64,000 nt of DNA, taken from positions 6,820,001 to 6,884,000 of the forward strand of contig OZ024752.1 in NCBI GenBank assembly GCA_964016885.1, written 5' to 3'. The stretch comes from Eledone cirrhosa. Taxonomy: Eukaryota. The notes beneath the pieces are model-generated. The model worked only from the letters and a program-made list of their open reading frames with translations. It was not told where the DNA came from and did not search any database. This document shows, piece after piece, positions 14,090 through 28,287 of the stretch (its first letter is position 1; the number at the start of each line of letters is the position of its first letter). Both the position numbers and the translations under genes were made by a program.

Positions 14090-15051
14090 TAGATAGATAG
14101 ATATATACACACAGCCTGTTATTATATCATATACACCCATTATATATATACATATATATATACATATATATATACATACACACACAGCCTGTTATTATAT
14201 CATACACACCCATTATATATATATATATATATACATATATATATACACACACAGCCTGTTATTATATCATATACACCCATTATATATACACACACACAAC
14301 CTGTTATTATATCATATACACCCATTATATATACACACACAGCCTGTTATTATATCATATACACCCATTATATATACACACACACAACCTGTTATTATAT
14401 CATATACACCCATTATATATACACACACACAGCCTGTTATTATATCATATACACCCATTATATATATATATATATATATACATACATATATACACACTAT
14501 CATTATATATATACATACACACACACTATCATTTGTGACTATCACACTTATAGACATAAACATGCCTTATGCTATACACACACACACACACTCGTGTACT
14601 CACATGGACAGAATGCTTTACATACCTAGATCCTATAGACACACACACACAGGCACATGTACACACACACATGTACACACACACGTGTACACACACACAT
14701 GTACACACACGCACATGTACACACGCAGATGTACACACACACACACGTGTACACACGCACATGTACACACACGCACATGTACACACACACACACATGTAC
14801 ACATACACGCACATGTACACACACACATGTACACACACACACGTGTACACACACACACATGTACACATACACGCACATGTACACACACACATGTACACAC
14901 ACACGTGTACACACACACGTGTACACACACACGTGTACACACACACATGTACACACAGTACAATGCTGTTTCTTTACATAACCATATCCCATTATACACT
15001 CTCTCTCTCTCTTCCTCTCTCCCGCAGTCAGTGTTTTTCACTAGTATTGTA

Positions 15052-15293
15052 CTGCTGCAGCAGCAGCAGTAGTAGTAGTAGTAGTAGCAGCAGCAGTAGT
15101 AGCAGTAGTAATAGTAGCAGTAATAGTAGTAGTAGTAGTAGCAGCAGCAGCAACAGCAGCAGTAGTAGTAGTAGTAGCAGCAGTAGTAGTAGTAGTAGCA
15201 GTAGTAGTAGCAGTAGTAGCAGTAGCAGTAGTAGTAGTAGTAGCAGCAGTAGTAGTAGCAGTAGTAGCAGTAGTAGTAGTAGTAGTAGTAGTA
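15052..15293. repeat. (CAG/TAG)n trinucleotide tract
   Basis: Directly visible. (CCA/CTA)n at 17453-17690 and (TTG/TTA)n at 54215-54540 are comparable. Confidence 0.95.
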
Positions 15294-16639
15294 AATGGTC
15301 TGTGAGGAATTAGTTAAAACAGCTGATAAATAAACCAATGTTTCAAAGACAGGAGTTTAGTGTTAGGAAGATAAGACTGGTTACTTTGATTTGGTAGTGT
15401 TTGTAGCACTGGTACAGTGTGTCAGGGACATCTAGAGCTGTGTCAGGAACTGGCACATCTGGAGCTGAGACTTGTATCACTGGCAGTCTGTCAGGGACAT
15501 TATATATTTGTTTATATATTGTTTAAAACAATAAAATATAGCCAGTCAGCGCTGTAAAGTGGTCGTTTTCGTGCAATGGTAAAAATCTCTCAGTCAGCGT
15601 TGTAAAGTGGTTGGTGTTACAAAGGGAATCCAGCCATAGAAACCAATCCAGAAACAGTTCTGTACGAGCAAGACATGGACATCTGATCTGGCTTGTCTCA
15701 TTTCAGGACAACCTGTCTAACCCATGCTAACAGGGAAACTGGGCATTAAACAGTGATGATGATGATGATGATGTAGACATTATATACCAGGAGTAGCTCA
15801 ATAAGCTGTGTCAGTGACCAATATTACTACATACAGTGCAACAAACATTTTCACACCACGAAAGATATAAATATATAATAACAAAGTGAATTTAACAGTA
15901 TTTGTGTGATTTTAGAAATGTCTAAAATGACTGTTCCATGGTGTAATTACTTTAGTTCCAACACATGTTCTTAGCCAAAAACACTTACCAAACAACTACA
16001 ATTCTAAAATGAAATTTTTCGAAAGCTTCAGCCATGTTAGAACCCCTCAAGGGACCCTGGTAAATCCTCCGCCACCCCTCTTTTATATGTTGTCTTCATG
16101 GCAATTTCTTGTGTGTTCCTTCTAGAGTCTCCATAGAGTTTATGTAACCTACTCAGCCACCCACACCCCGACAACAACAACAATCATAATGGCCACAACA
16201 CATTCTTCTTTAAGTTGTGTGTCTGTTTCTGTGGGAACTGCTGAAGAAATTGAAGTAAATCTATCCCTTTTTTACACTTATCAATTGTTTAACAACTCAG
16301 AGGGGGGAAGGAAGGGAGAGGGGGGAGAGAAGGGAGAGAAAAGAGGAGAGATGAACAGAGGGGAGAAAAGAGAGAAAAAAAGAGAGAAAAGAGAAGAGAG
16401 AGAGAGGAAAGAAAGAGAGAGAAAAAGAGAGAGAGAGAAAAAGAGAGAAAGAGAGGAAGAGAGAGAAAGAAAGAGGAGTGAGGGGGGGGGAAGAGGTGAT
16501 GCGCCAAGATAGATATTAAGTTACAAGCAGTTGGTACCAAATCCTTGCCCTAAATACCAAATGTCATTTAGAAGGGCTACAGAGTTCTTTAAGAGACAAA
16601 ATATAGAAAAATTGATTTGGGTTGCAGAGAGGGAACATT

Positions 16640-17235
16640 ACCTCCCTTACAACAGTGGGTGTGTCTGGTATAGACCCCGCCCACCTCCCTTACAGCAGTG
16701 GGTGTGTCTGGTATAGACCCCGCCCACCTCCCTTACAGCAGCGGGTGTGTCTGGTATAGAGCGCACCCACCTCCCTTACAACAGCGGGTGTGTCTGGTAT
16801 AGACCCCGCCCACCTCCCTTACAACAGCGAGTGTGTCTGTTATAGACCCCGCCCACCTCCCTTACAACAGTGGGTGAGTCTGTTATAGACCCCGCCCACC
16901 TCACTTACAACAGTGGGTGAGTCTGTTATAGACCCCACCCACCTCACTTACAACAGTGGGTGTGTCTGGTATAGACCCCGCCTCCCTTACAACAGTGGGT
17001 GTGTCATAAGTAGACCCCACCTCTATTACAACAGTAGGTGTGTCCGATATAGACACCACCTCTATTACAACAGTGGGTGTGTCATAAGTAGACCCCACCT
17101 CTATTACAACAGTGGGTGTGTCTGTTATAGACCCCGCCTCCCTTACAACAGTGGGTGTGTCTGGTATAGACCCCACCTCCCTTACAATGGTGGGTATGTC
17201 TGTTACAAATAAACCCCACCTCCACTATAAACCCT
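16640..17235. repeat. 39-43 bp minisatellite
   Basis: Unit cacctcccttacaacagtgggtgtgtctggtatagaccccgcc and shorter variants. Confidence 0.92.
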
Positions 17236-17931
17236 GCCTCCACTAAACTTTACAAACATATGAGAGGTGCTGCCCTAAGAGATCTTATATACAGACCACA
17301 TGACAAACCAGTGTGGGTCACCCATCAAATATCAGACTGGCTCCCATGGAGGCCTCAATGGGGAAGGAGAGAAAACAGATGATATGGACATTATAACAGG
17401 GTCCAGTAGTGTTGTAAACATGTTGGGATACTGTGTAGAGTGGTTGGTGAGGCCACCACTACTACTAACTACCACCACCACCACCACCACTACTACTACC
17501 ACCACCACTACTACTACCACCACCACTACACTACCACCCCTACCACACTACCACCACCAACACACTACCACTACCACCACTACTACCACTACCACCACAC
17601 TACTACCACCACTACTACCACCACTACCACCACTACCACCACACTACTACCACCACCACTACCACCACCACTACCACCACCACCACCAGCTAGACAATTT
17701 TCTGTCTGGCCAGTAGTAAATGAAAGAAATAAGTCAGAAGTATTAAACGAGGGAGGTTAATTCAGAGTGACATTATTAAAGATTGTAGATATATATGAGG
17801 GGGGGGGGATGAGGAGACAGAGAGGGGAGGAGAGAGAAAGGGGAGGGATAGAGGGAGAGGAGGAGAGAGAAACTGGCTGGTGCCAGTGGGACTCTTCAGG
17901 TCATTTACAATAAAACACACAATCAATGAGG

Positions 17932-17974
<43 letters not shown>

Positions 17975-18214
17975 CTCCACTGATGAGATGAATTTAACAG
18001 AAGTTGCCAAGTAAACAAACCACAAATAGTAGACTTTATTTTATATATATATATATATATATATAAGAATTAAAATACTAGAGTGTGTTGGAGTTAAACA
18101 CCCTCTACATATTATAGAAATGACAGTAAAGGTATAGCTCAATGTAATTAAACAGAGCCGAAAAATTATGAAAATAAACCAAAGAAGCCTTCAATACATC
18201 AAAAGTCTTTATTA

Positions 18215-18252
18215 GCCAACAATGTTTCGTCCTATTAAGGACTCATCAGGGC
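18215..18252 (-). ncRNA. Minimal type I hammerhead ribozyme motif
   Basis: Minus strand reads GCC-CTGATGA-GTCCT taat AGGAC-GAAA-CATTGTT^GGC: intact core, 5-bp stem II, short quasi-palindromic stem III (ACATTGT), GUU cleavage triplet, stem I GCC/GGC. Confidence 0.85.
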
Positions 18253-18297
18253 AAGTAAAGCTATAAGAAGCACTATCGGCCAATACAAGCCAAAAAC

Positions 18298-18322
<25 letters not shown>

Positions 18323-18329
<7 letters not shown>

Positions 18330-18520
18330 TTTTATAGAAGGAGCTTCTACAGGACTAGTACTGTTTCATTCAGATGAAATCTTCAGGAAGCCCTGAAGAT
18401 TTCATCTGAATGAAACAGTACTAGTCCTGTAGAAGCTCCTTCTATAAAATAAAAAATTTTACTCTGCCATGTATTGAGTACCTTACTTACTGTGGTTATC
18501 CCCGACTCAACCCGGGACCT
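18323..18520 (+). mobile_element. Family A element with a 65-bp perfect inverted repeat
   Basis: Arms 18323-18387 and 18392-18456 with loop AAGC, continuing into the family A tail; (TA)n on both sides. Confidence 0.7.
18343..18391 (-). ncRNA. Type I hammerhead ribozyme motif (family A), left arm of a perfect palindrome
   Basis: Minus strand GCTTC-CTGAAGA-T TTC atct GAA T-GAAACAG tactagtc CTGTA^GAAGC. The mirror copy on the plus strand (18392-18436) lacks the 5' strand of stem I. Confidence 0.8.
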
Positions 18521-18660
18521 ATGTATATATATATATATATATATATGCAGAGGTTATATTTAATTTGTTGGGATTCAACAAGCTTTATCCAGGAAGCTCC
18601 AACCGTTAAGGTGTTCTTTTTTTTCCGGGTATGTCAATATTTATTTATACAACAAATCTG

Positions 18661-18726
18661 TATTTTATCTGATGAAAGCGCACCATAATTTGCCTTGGTT
18701 GCCCTTGAAATATGTATAATAAAATA
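18661..18726 (+). ncRNA. Type I hammerhead ribozyme motif
   Basis: TATTTTAT-CTGATGA-AAGcGCACCA taatttgcct TGGtTGCcCTT-GAAA-TATGTATA^ATAAAATA: 8-bp stem I, imperfect stem II, AUA triplet. Confidence 0.72.
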
Positions 18727-19174
18727 AATATGGTTTTATAAATATAGTTTCCATTTATTAATATATTGTATATATATATATATATATATATATAGTTTTA
18801 ATATATTAAAACTTTTATACTCTGCCATGTATTGAGTACCTTACTTACTGTGGTTACCTCCGATTCAACCCGGAATAACTTACCTATATATATATATATA
18901 TATAACCAAAGATTAATATGGTTTGTTGATTAATCAACAAATACAATATTACAATAGATTAGAAGCACTCAGCAGTTGATTTTTCTGGAGTTTTTAATAT
19001 TATTCAAAATGTTAATAAATGAAAAATATTCTCATAATTAAAATATATATTTTATTATACATATTTCAAAGGTACAATGGTGTTTAAGTACGTTTTCATC
19101 AGACAAAATATAAGATTTGATATGTGACACCGCTACGGTCTTGATTATTCAATTCCAGTATTGACAATACATTC

Positions 19175-19224
<50 letters not shown>

Positions 19225-20138
19225 GGTGAGAGGGAGAGGGTGAGAGGGAGAGGGTTAGAGATAGAGAGATAGAGAGAGAGAGATAGAGAGAGAGAGTAGT
19301 TAGATGTGTAAAGTGTCTGCCATATCCCTGAGACTATTGATAAGAACATTTGGTTTTTCAACAGATCAAATCAGGTAGAATTAAATATAAAGATATTAGA
19401 GCAACTGTTTTATCTTATTTATGGCACCATTTTATACCACCTCTCTCTCTATCTTCACACCACCTCTCTCTCACCACACCCCTCATGCTACCACCTCTCT
19501 CACATACCACCTCTCTCTCTATCTTCACACCACCTCTCTCTCACCACACCCCTCATGCTACCACCTCTCTCACATACCACCTCTCTCTCTATCTTCACAC
19601 CACCTCTCTCACCACACCCCTCATGCTGCCACCTCTCTCACATACCACCTCTCTCTCTATCTTCACACCACCTCTCTCACCACACCCCTCATGCTACCAC
19701 CTCTCTCACATACCACCTCTCTCTATCTTCACACCATCTCTCTCACCACACCCCTCATTCTCTCTCCTCTCTCTACCCCTGTCTCACACCACCTCTCACC
19801 TCTCTCACCATACCCCCTCATTCTCTCACATACCACCTTTCTCTCTGCCCCTCTCTCACACCACCTCTCTCCCTCTCACACCACACCCCCTCATTCTCTC
19901 ACCTCTCTCTCACCTCACCCCCTCATTCTCTCACCTCTCTCTCCTCTTTCTCCCACTCTCTCTCACCACACCCCTCATGCTACCATCTCTCTCCCTCTCT
20001 GACCACTTTTCTCTCTCTCTGACACTCTTACCTTTCTCTCATCTCTTTTTTACTCCTTTTAACTCCCACTCCCCTCTCTCTCCATACAACACCTCTCTCT
20101 ATCACCTCACCTCTCTCTCTCTCTATATATATATGTGT

Positions 20139-20169
<31 letters not shown>

Positions 20170-20173
<4 letters not shown>

Positions 20174-20918
20174 AGCCATCTGTAAACACGTGCCTCACTA
20201 ACCATCACTCTACATATATATACATACATATATACATACATACATACATATACACATACATACACACCTAAGCCATCTGTAAACACGTGCTTCACTAACC
20301 ATCACTACATATATATACACATATACAGATACCTAAGCCATCTGTAAACACGTGCTTCACTAACCATCACTCTACACATATATACATACACACATACAAA
20401 CACACCTAAGCCATCTGTAAACACGTGCCTCACTAACCATCACTCTACATATATATACATACACACATACACACACACACACACACACCTAAGCCATCTG
20501 TAAACACGTGCTTCACTAACCATCACTCTACATATATATACATACACACATACACACACACCTAAGCCATCTGTAAACACGTGCCTCACTAACCATCACT
20601 CTACATATATATACATACACACACACACACACACACACACCTAAGCCATCTGTAAACACGTGCTTCACTAACCATCACTCTACATATATATACATACACA
20701 CACACACACACCTAAGCCATCTGTAAACACGTGCTTCACTAACCATCACTCTACATATATATATATACATACACACACACACACACACACACACACCTAA
20801 GCCATCTGTAAACACGTGCTTCACTAACCATCACTCTACATATATATACATACACACATACACACACCTAAGCCATCTGTAAACACGTGCCTCACTAACC
20901 ATCACTCTACATATATAT

Positions 20919-20955
<37 letters not shown>

Positions 20956-21163
20956 AGCCATCTGTAAACACGTGCTTCACTAACCATCACTCTACATATA
21001 TATACATACATACATACATACACACACACCTAAGCCATCTGTAAACACGTGCCTCACTAACCATCTCTCTACATATATATACATACACACACACACACAC
21101 ACACACACCTAAGCCATCTGTAAACACGTGCTTCACTAACCATCACTCTACATATATATACAT

Positions 21164-21199
<36 letters not shown>

Positions 21200-21241
21200 C
21201 TAAGCCATCTGTAAACACGTGCCTCACTAACCATCACTCTA

Positions 21242-21276
<35 letters not shown>

Positions 21277-21404
21277 CTAAGCCATCTGTAAACACGTGCT
21301 TCACTAACCATCACTCTACATATATATATACACACACACACACACACACTTAAGCCATCTGTAAACACGTGCTTCACTAACCATCACTCTACATATATAT
21401 ATAT

Positions 21405-21444
<40 letters not shown>

Positions 21445-21507
21445 ACACACACACACACCTAAGCCATCTGTAAACACGTGCCTCACTAACCATCACTACA
21501 TATATAT

Positions 21508-21550
<43 letters not shown>

Positions 21551-21655
21551 AGCCATCTGTAAACACGTGTTTCACTAACCATCACTCTACATATATATAT
21601 ACACACACACACACCTAAACCATCTGTAAACACGTGCTTCACTAACCATCACTAC

Positions 21656-21691
<36 letters not shown>

Positions 21692-21904
21692 CTAAGCCAT
21701 CTGTAAACACGTGCCTCACTAACCATCACTCTACATATATATACATACACACACACACACACACCTAAGCCATCTGTAAACACGTGCTTCACTAACCATC
21801 ACTCTACATATATATACATACACACACACACACACACATACACACACACACACCTAAGCCATCTGTAAACACGTGCCTCACTAACCATCACTCTACATAT
21901 ATAT

Positions 21905-21941
<37 letters not shown>

Positions 21942-22472
21942 AGCCATCTGTAAACACGTGCCTCACTAACCATCACTCTACATATATATACATACACACA
22001 CACACCTAAGCCATCTGTAAACACGTGCTTCACTAACCATCACTCTACATATATATACATACACACACACACACACACACACCTAAGCCATCTGTAAACA
22101 CGTGCCTCACTAACCATCACTCTACATACACACACACACACACACACACACACCTAAGCCATCTGTAAACACGTGCTTCACTAACCATCACTCTACATAT
22201 ATATACATACACACACACACACACACACCTAAGCCATCTGTAAACACGTGCCTCACTAACCATCACTCTACATACACACACACACACACACCTAAGCCAT
22301 CTGTAAACACGTGCTTCACTAACCATCACTCTACATATATATACATACACACACACACACACACACACACCTAAGCCATCTGTAAACACGTGCCTCACTA
22401 ACCATCACTCTACACACACACACACACACACCTAAGTAATCTGTAAACACGTGCTTCACTAACCATCACTCT

Positions 22473-22509
<37 letters not shown>

Positions 22510-22614
22510 AGCCATCTGTAAACACGTGCTTCACTAACCATCACTCTACATATATATACATACACACACACACCTAAGCCATCTGTAAACACGTGCCTCA
22601 CTAACCATCACTCT

Positions 22615-22651
<37 letters not shown>

Positions 22652-22768
22652 AGCCATCTGTAAACACGTGCTTCACTAACCATCACTCTACATATATATA
22701 CATACACACACACACACACACACACACCTAAGCCATCTGTAAACACGTGCCTCACTAACCATCACTCT

Positions 22769-22809
<41 letters not shown>

Positions 22810-22996
22810 AGCCATCTGTAAACACGTGCTTCACTAACCATCACTCTACATATATATACATACACACACACACACACACCTAAGCCATCTGTAAACACGT
22901 GCTTCACTAACCATCACTCTACATATATATACATACACACACACACACACACCTAAGCCATCTGTAAACACGTGCCTCACTAACCATCACTCTACA
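20170..22996. repeat. Composite array: constant 43-bp unit separated by variable (TA)/(CA) tracts, about 40 units
   Basis: cctaagccatctgtaaacacgtgcYtcactaaccatcactcta followed by a microsatellite of varying length. Confidence 0.95.
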
Positions 22997-24051
22997 AACA
23001 ATCTCATTTATTCTCCAGACTTTCACATGTCTCAACATTCTCTCCCAAACTGACAAATCTCATCACTAAAGTTTCCACAACAACAACCAACCCCACCCCA
23101 CCCCACCAGCCCCACCCCACACTTCCTCTCCAACCTCACCCACCCCTCCCCTCCCCACCAGCCCCACCCCCACCAGCCCTACCCCACCCTCCCATTTCAC
23201 ATTAATCCACCTAATAACTTTCCTATTCTTTCATTTTCTCTTTTCCTTTTATAAGTGTGAGAGAGAAGAAGAGGGAAAGAGAGAGAGAAAGAGAAGGAAA
23301 GAGAGTTAGAGAGAGAGAGAAAGAGAGAGTGTGTATGTGTGTGTGGTATGTGTGTATGGGTGTATGTGTGTGTGTATGTGTGTGTATGTGTAAATATATG
23401 TGTACGTGTGTGTATGTGTGTATATGTGTATGTGTGTGTATGTGTGTGTGTGTATGTGTGTGTGTGTATATGTGTGTGTGTGTATATATGTATATGTGTG
23501 TATATGTGTGTGTGTGTATATGTGTGTGTATGTGTGTGTGTGTATGTGTGTGTGTGTATGTGTATGGGTGTATGTGTGTGTGTATGTGTGTGTATGTGTA
23601 CGTGTGTGTATGTGTGTATATGTGTGTATATGTGTATGTGTGTATATGTGTGTATGTGTATGTGTGTATATATGTATATGTGTGTATATGTGTGTGTGTA
23701 TATGTGTGTGTATGTGTATGTGTATATGTGTGTGTGTGTATGTGTGTGTATGTGTAAATATATGTGTACGTGTGTGTATGTGTGTATATGTGTATGTGTG
23801 TGTATGTGTGTGTGTGTGTATGTGTATGTGTGTATATATGTGTGTGTGTATATGTGTGTGTATATGTGTGTATATGTGTGTGTATGTGTGTGTGTATGTG
23901 TGTGTGTATGTGTATATATGTGTGTGTGTGTAAACTTTAGCCCTCCATTTTTCCTTGTGGCTCCTCACTACAATCAGTACAAACCCCCTAGTGGGACAAT
24001 AAGAAACTAAAAACTGGTCCACAGTGAGAAAGGTTCTTCATTATTTTATAT

Positions 24052-24472
24052 AGGGCGGTGGATTGGCAGAATTGGTAGAGCATCGGATGCCATACTTTGC
24101 AGCATAGAGATACGGCCCTTTACAATCTGAGTTCAAATCTCACCGAGGTTAACTTTGCCTTTCATCCTTTCGGGCTCGATAAAATAAAGTACCAGTAATG
24201 TACTGGGGTTGATTTAATTTACTTTCCCCAAATTGCTGGCCTTGTGTCTAAAGTAGAAATCCTTATCAACATGAGGAGGGCGGTGGATTGGCAGTATCGG
24301 TAGAGGGTCGGATGCCATGCTTTGCAGCACAGAGTTATGGCTTTTTACTTTCTGAGTTCAAACACCGCCGACATTAGCTTTGCCTTTCGATCTTACGGGG
24401 TCAATAAAATAAAGTACCAGTAATACACTGGAGTAATTGCTGGCCTTGTGCCAAAAGTAGAAACAATTATTT
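24052..24472 (+). mobile_element. Two head-to-tail SINE family 1 copies
   Basis: Both begin GGGCGGTGGATTGGCAG and carry the B box and core. Confidence 0.88.
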
Positions 24473-24724
24473 TATGTCTGTTTTCCATGCCGGCATGGGT
24501 TGGATAGGTTGTCCCAGACAAAACTAAGCAAAGAGCCTCAGCTTCTTTTCATTTTCTTACATGGTTTCTATGACTGGAAACTTTTCCTAATGCCAAACAT
24601 TTTACAGAGTGTACTGGGTGCATTTTATTGTGGCACCAGTACTATCATTTTAAAAAGAGTGTACAAGACACATCTTATCAAAGTACCAACACTACCACTT
24701 TACAGATTATACAAGGTGCATTTT

Positions 24725-27700
24725 ATCAAAGCACCAGTACTGCCATTTTACAGCATGTACTGGACATATTTTATAGCACCAGTACTGCCATTTTACAGCA
24801 TGTACTGGACATATTTTATAGCACCAGTACTGCCACTTTACAGCATGTACTGGACATATTTTATAGCACCAGTACTGCCATTTTACAGCATGTACTGGAC
24901 ATATTTTATAGCACCAGTACTGCCACTTTACAGCATGTACTGGACATATTTTATAGCACCAGTACTGCCATTTTACAGCATGTACTGGACATATTTTATA
25001 GCACCAGTACTGCCACTTTACAGCATGTACTGGACATATTTTATAGCACCAGTACTGCCACTTTACAGCATGTACTGGACATATTTTATAGCACCAGTAC
25101 TGCCATTTTACAGCATGTACTGGACATATTTTATAGCACCAGTACTGCCACTTTACAGCATGTACTGGACATATTTTATAGCACCAGTACTGCCATTTTA
25201 CAGCATGTACTGGACATATTTTATAGCACCAGTACTGCCACTTTACAGCATGTACTGGACATATTTTATAGCACCAGTACTGCCATTTTACAGCATGTAC
25301 TGGACATATTTTATAGCACCAGTACTGCCACTTTACAGCATGTACTGGACATATTTTATAGCACCAGTACTGCCATTTTACAGCATGTACTGGACATATT
25401 TTATAGCACCAGTACTGCCACTTTACAGCATGTACTGGACATATTTTATAGCACCAGTACTGCCACTTTACAGCATGTACTGGACATATTTTATAGCACC
25501 AGTACTGCCATTTTACAGCATGTACTGGACATATTTTATAGCACCAGTACTGCCACTTTACAGCATGTACTGGACATATTTTATAGCACCAGTACTGCCA
25601 TTTTACAGCATGTACTGGACATATTTTATAGCACCAGTACTGCCACTTTACAGCATGTACTGGACATATTTTATAGCACCAGTACTGCCACTTTACAGCA
25701 TGTACTGGACATATTTTATAGCACCAGTACTGCCATTTTACAGCATGTACTGGACATATTTTATAGCACCAGTACTGCCACTTTACTGCATGTACTGGAC
25801 ATATTTTATAGCACCAGTACTGCCACTTTACAGCATGTACTGGACATATTTTATAGCACCAGTACTGCCACTTTACAGCATGTACTGGACATATTTTATA
25901 GCACCAGTACTGCCATTTTACAGCATGTACTGGACATATTTTATAGCACCAGTACTGCCACTTTACAGCATGTACTGGACATATTTTATAGCACCAGTAC
26001 TGCCATTTTACAGCATGTACTGGACATATTTTATAGCACCAGTACTGCCACTTTACAGCATGTACTGGACATATTTTATAGCACCAGTACTGCCATTTTA
26101 CAGCATGTACTGGACATATTTTATAGCACCAGTACTGCCACTTTACAGCATGTACTGGACATATTTTATAGCACCAGTACTGCCACTTTACAGCATGTAC
26201 TGGACATATTTTATAGCACCAGTACTGCCATTTTACAGCATGTACTGGACATATTTTATAGCACCAGTACTGCCACTTTACAGCATGTACTGGACATATT
26301 TTATAGCACCAGTACTGCCATTTTACAGCATGTACTGGACATATTTTATAGCACCAGTACTGCCACTTTACTGCATGTACTGGACATATTTTATAGCACC
26401 AGTACTGCCACTTTACAGCATGTACTGGACATATTTTATAGCACCAGTACTGCCACTTTACAGCATGTACTGGACATATTTTATAGCACCAGTACTGCCA
26501 TTTTACAGCATGTACTGGACATATTTTATAGCACCAGTACTGCCACTTTACAGCATGTACTGGACATATTTTATAGCACCAGTACTCCATTTTACAGCAT
26601 GTACTGGACATATTTTATAGCACCAGTACTGCCACTTTACAGCATGTACTGGACATATTTTATAGCACCAGTACTGCCACTTTACAGCATGTACTGGACA
26701 TATTTTATAGCACCAGTACTGCCATTTTACAGCATGTACTGGACATATTTTATAGCACCAGTACTGCCATTTTACAGCATGTACTGGACATATTTTATAG
26801 CACCAGTACTGCCACTTTACAGCATGTACTGGACATATTTTATAGCACCAGTACTGCCACTTTACAGCATGTACTGGACATATTTTATAGCACCAGTACT
26901 GCCACTTTACAGCATGTACTGGACATATTTTATAGCACCAGTACTGCCACTTTACAGCATGTACTGGACATATTTTATAGCACCAGTACTGCCACTTTAC
27001 AGCATGTACTGGACATATTTTATAGCACCAGTACTGCCACTTTACAGCATGTACTGGACATATTTTATAGCACCAGTACTGCCACTTTACAGCATGTACT
27101 GGACATATTTTATAGCACCAGTACTGCCATTTTACAGCATGTACTGGACATATTTTATAGCACCAGTACTGCCATTTTACAGCATGTACTGGACATATTT
27201 TATAGCACCAGTACTGCCATTTTACAGCATGTACTGGACATATTTTATAGCACCAGTACTGGACATATTTTATAGCACCAGTACTGCCATTTTACAGCAT
27301 GTACTGGACATATTTTATAGCACCAGTACTGGACATATTTTATAGCACCAGTACTGCCATTTTACAGCATGTACTGGACATATTTTATAGCACCAGTACT
27401 GCCATTTTACAGCATGTACTGGACATATTTTATAGCACCAGTACTGCCATTTTACAGCATGTACTGGACATATTTTATAGCACCAGTACTGCCATTTTAC
27501 AGCATGTACTGGACATATTTTATAGCACCAGTACTGCCACTTTACAGCATGTACTGGACATATTTTATAGCACCAGTACTGCCATTTTACAGCATGTACT
27601 GGACATATTTTATAGCACCAGTACTGCCACTTTACAGCATGTACTGGACATATTTTATAGCACCAGTACTGCCATTTTACAGCATGTACTGGACATATTT

Positions 27701-27820
27701 TATAGCACCAGTACTGCCACTTTACAGCATGTACTGGACATATTTTATAGCACCAGTACTGCCATTTTACAGCATGTACTGGACATATTTTATAGCACCA
27801 GTACTGCCACTTTACAGATT
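24725..27820. repeat. 45-bp tandem array (about 68 units)
   Basis: Unit gcaccagtactgccaYtttacagcatgtactggacatattttata; explains the 634-905 aa ORFs. Confidence 0.97.
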
Positions 27821-27934
27821 CTACAGAGTGCATATTTTATCAAAATACCAGCACTACCATTTTAAAGAATATACTGAGTGTATTATATTGTGCAACCAGC
27901 AAATGTATATTTACATGATTACAGAGAAATAAAT

Positions 27935-28248
27935 CTTCTTCACCCATTTATTTCTGGGAGGATCATGGGGGCAGAGTCCTCAAACACTCCTTCCAGCGGG
28001 TCCTGTCAGAAGCAACCATCTCCAACTGATCCGGCTGGATCCCCAATTGAGACCAGCTGAGCTCATGGATGTAATCAAACCATCTTGCTCTGTAAAATCT
28101 GTCCAGCAATTCTTTCCTGAGACATTCTAATCACATGACCATAGTACCGAAGCCATGATCTTTCAATTTGTTGAAGTAGCAGCTCTACCTGGAGTGAGTC
28201 TCAGATCTCCGAGCTACGAACTTTATAGAGTAATATTACTCCAAAGAC
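27935..28248 (-). mobile_element. RTE-clade LINE 3' remnant (Expander/Rex3-like)
   Basis: Minus strand translates as KVRSSEI*DSLQVELLLQQIERSWLRYYGHVIRM...RWFDYIHELSWSQLGIQPDQLEMVASDRTRWKECLRTLPP, typical of an RTE ORF C-terminus. Confidence 0.8.
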
Positions 28249-28287
28249 CCTTTGGGGGGAATCCCTACCAATTCACCATCAAAGAGC

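Noticed and set aside
20170-22996. CRISPR-like repeat-spacer pattern
   Set aside because: Spacers are only (TA)/(CA) microsatellites, there are no cas genes, and the context is eukaryotic.
24500-27932. ORFs of 634-905 aa on both strands
   Set aside because: Translations of a 45-bp unit that lacks stops in several frames. The array derives from a SINE tail and tolerates frameshifting indels.
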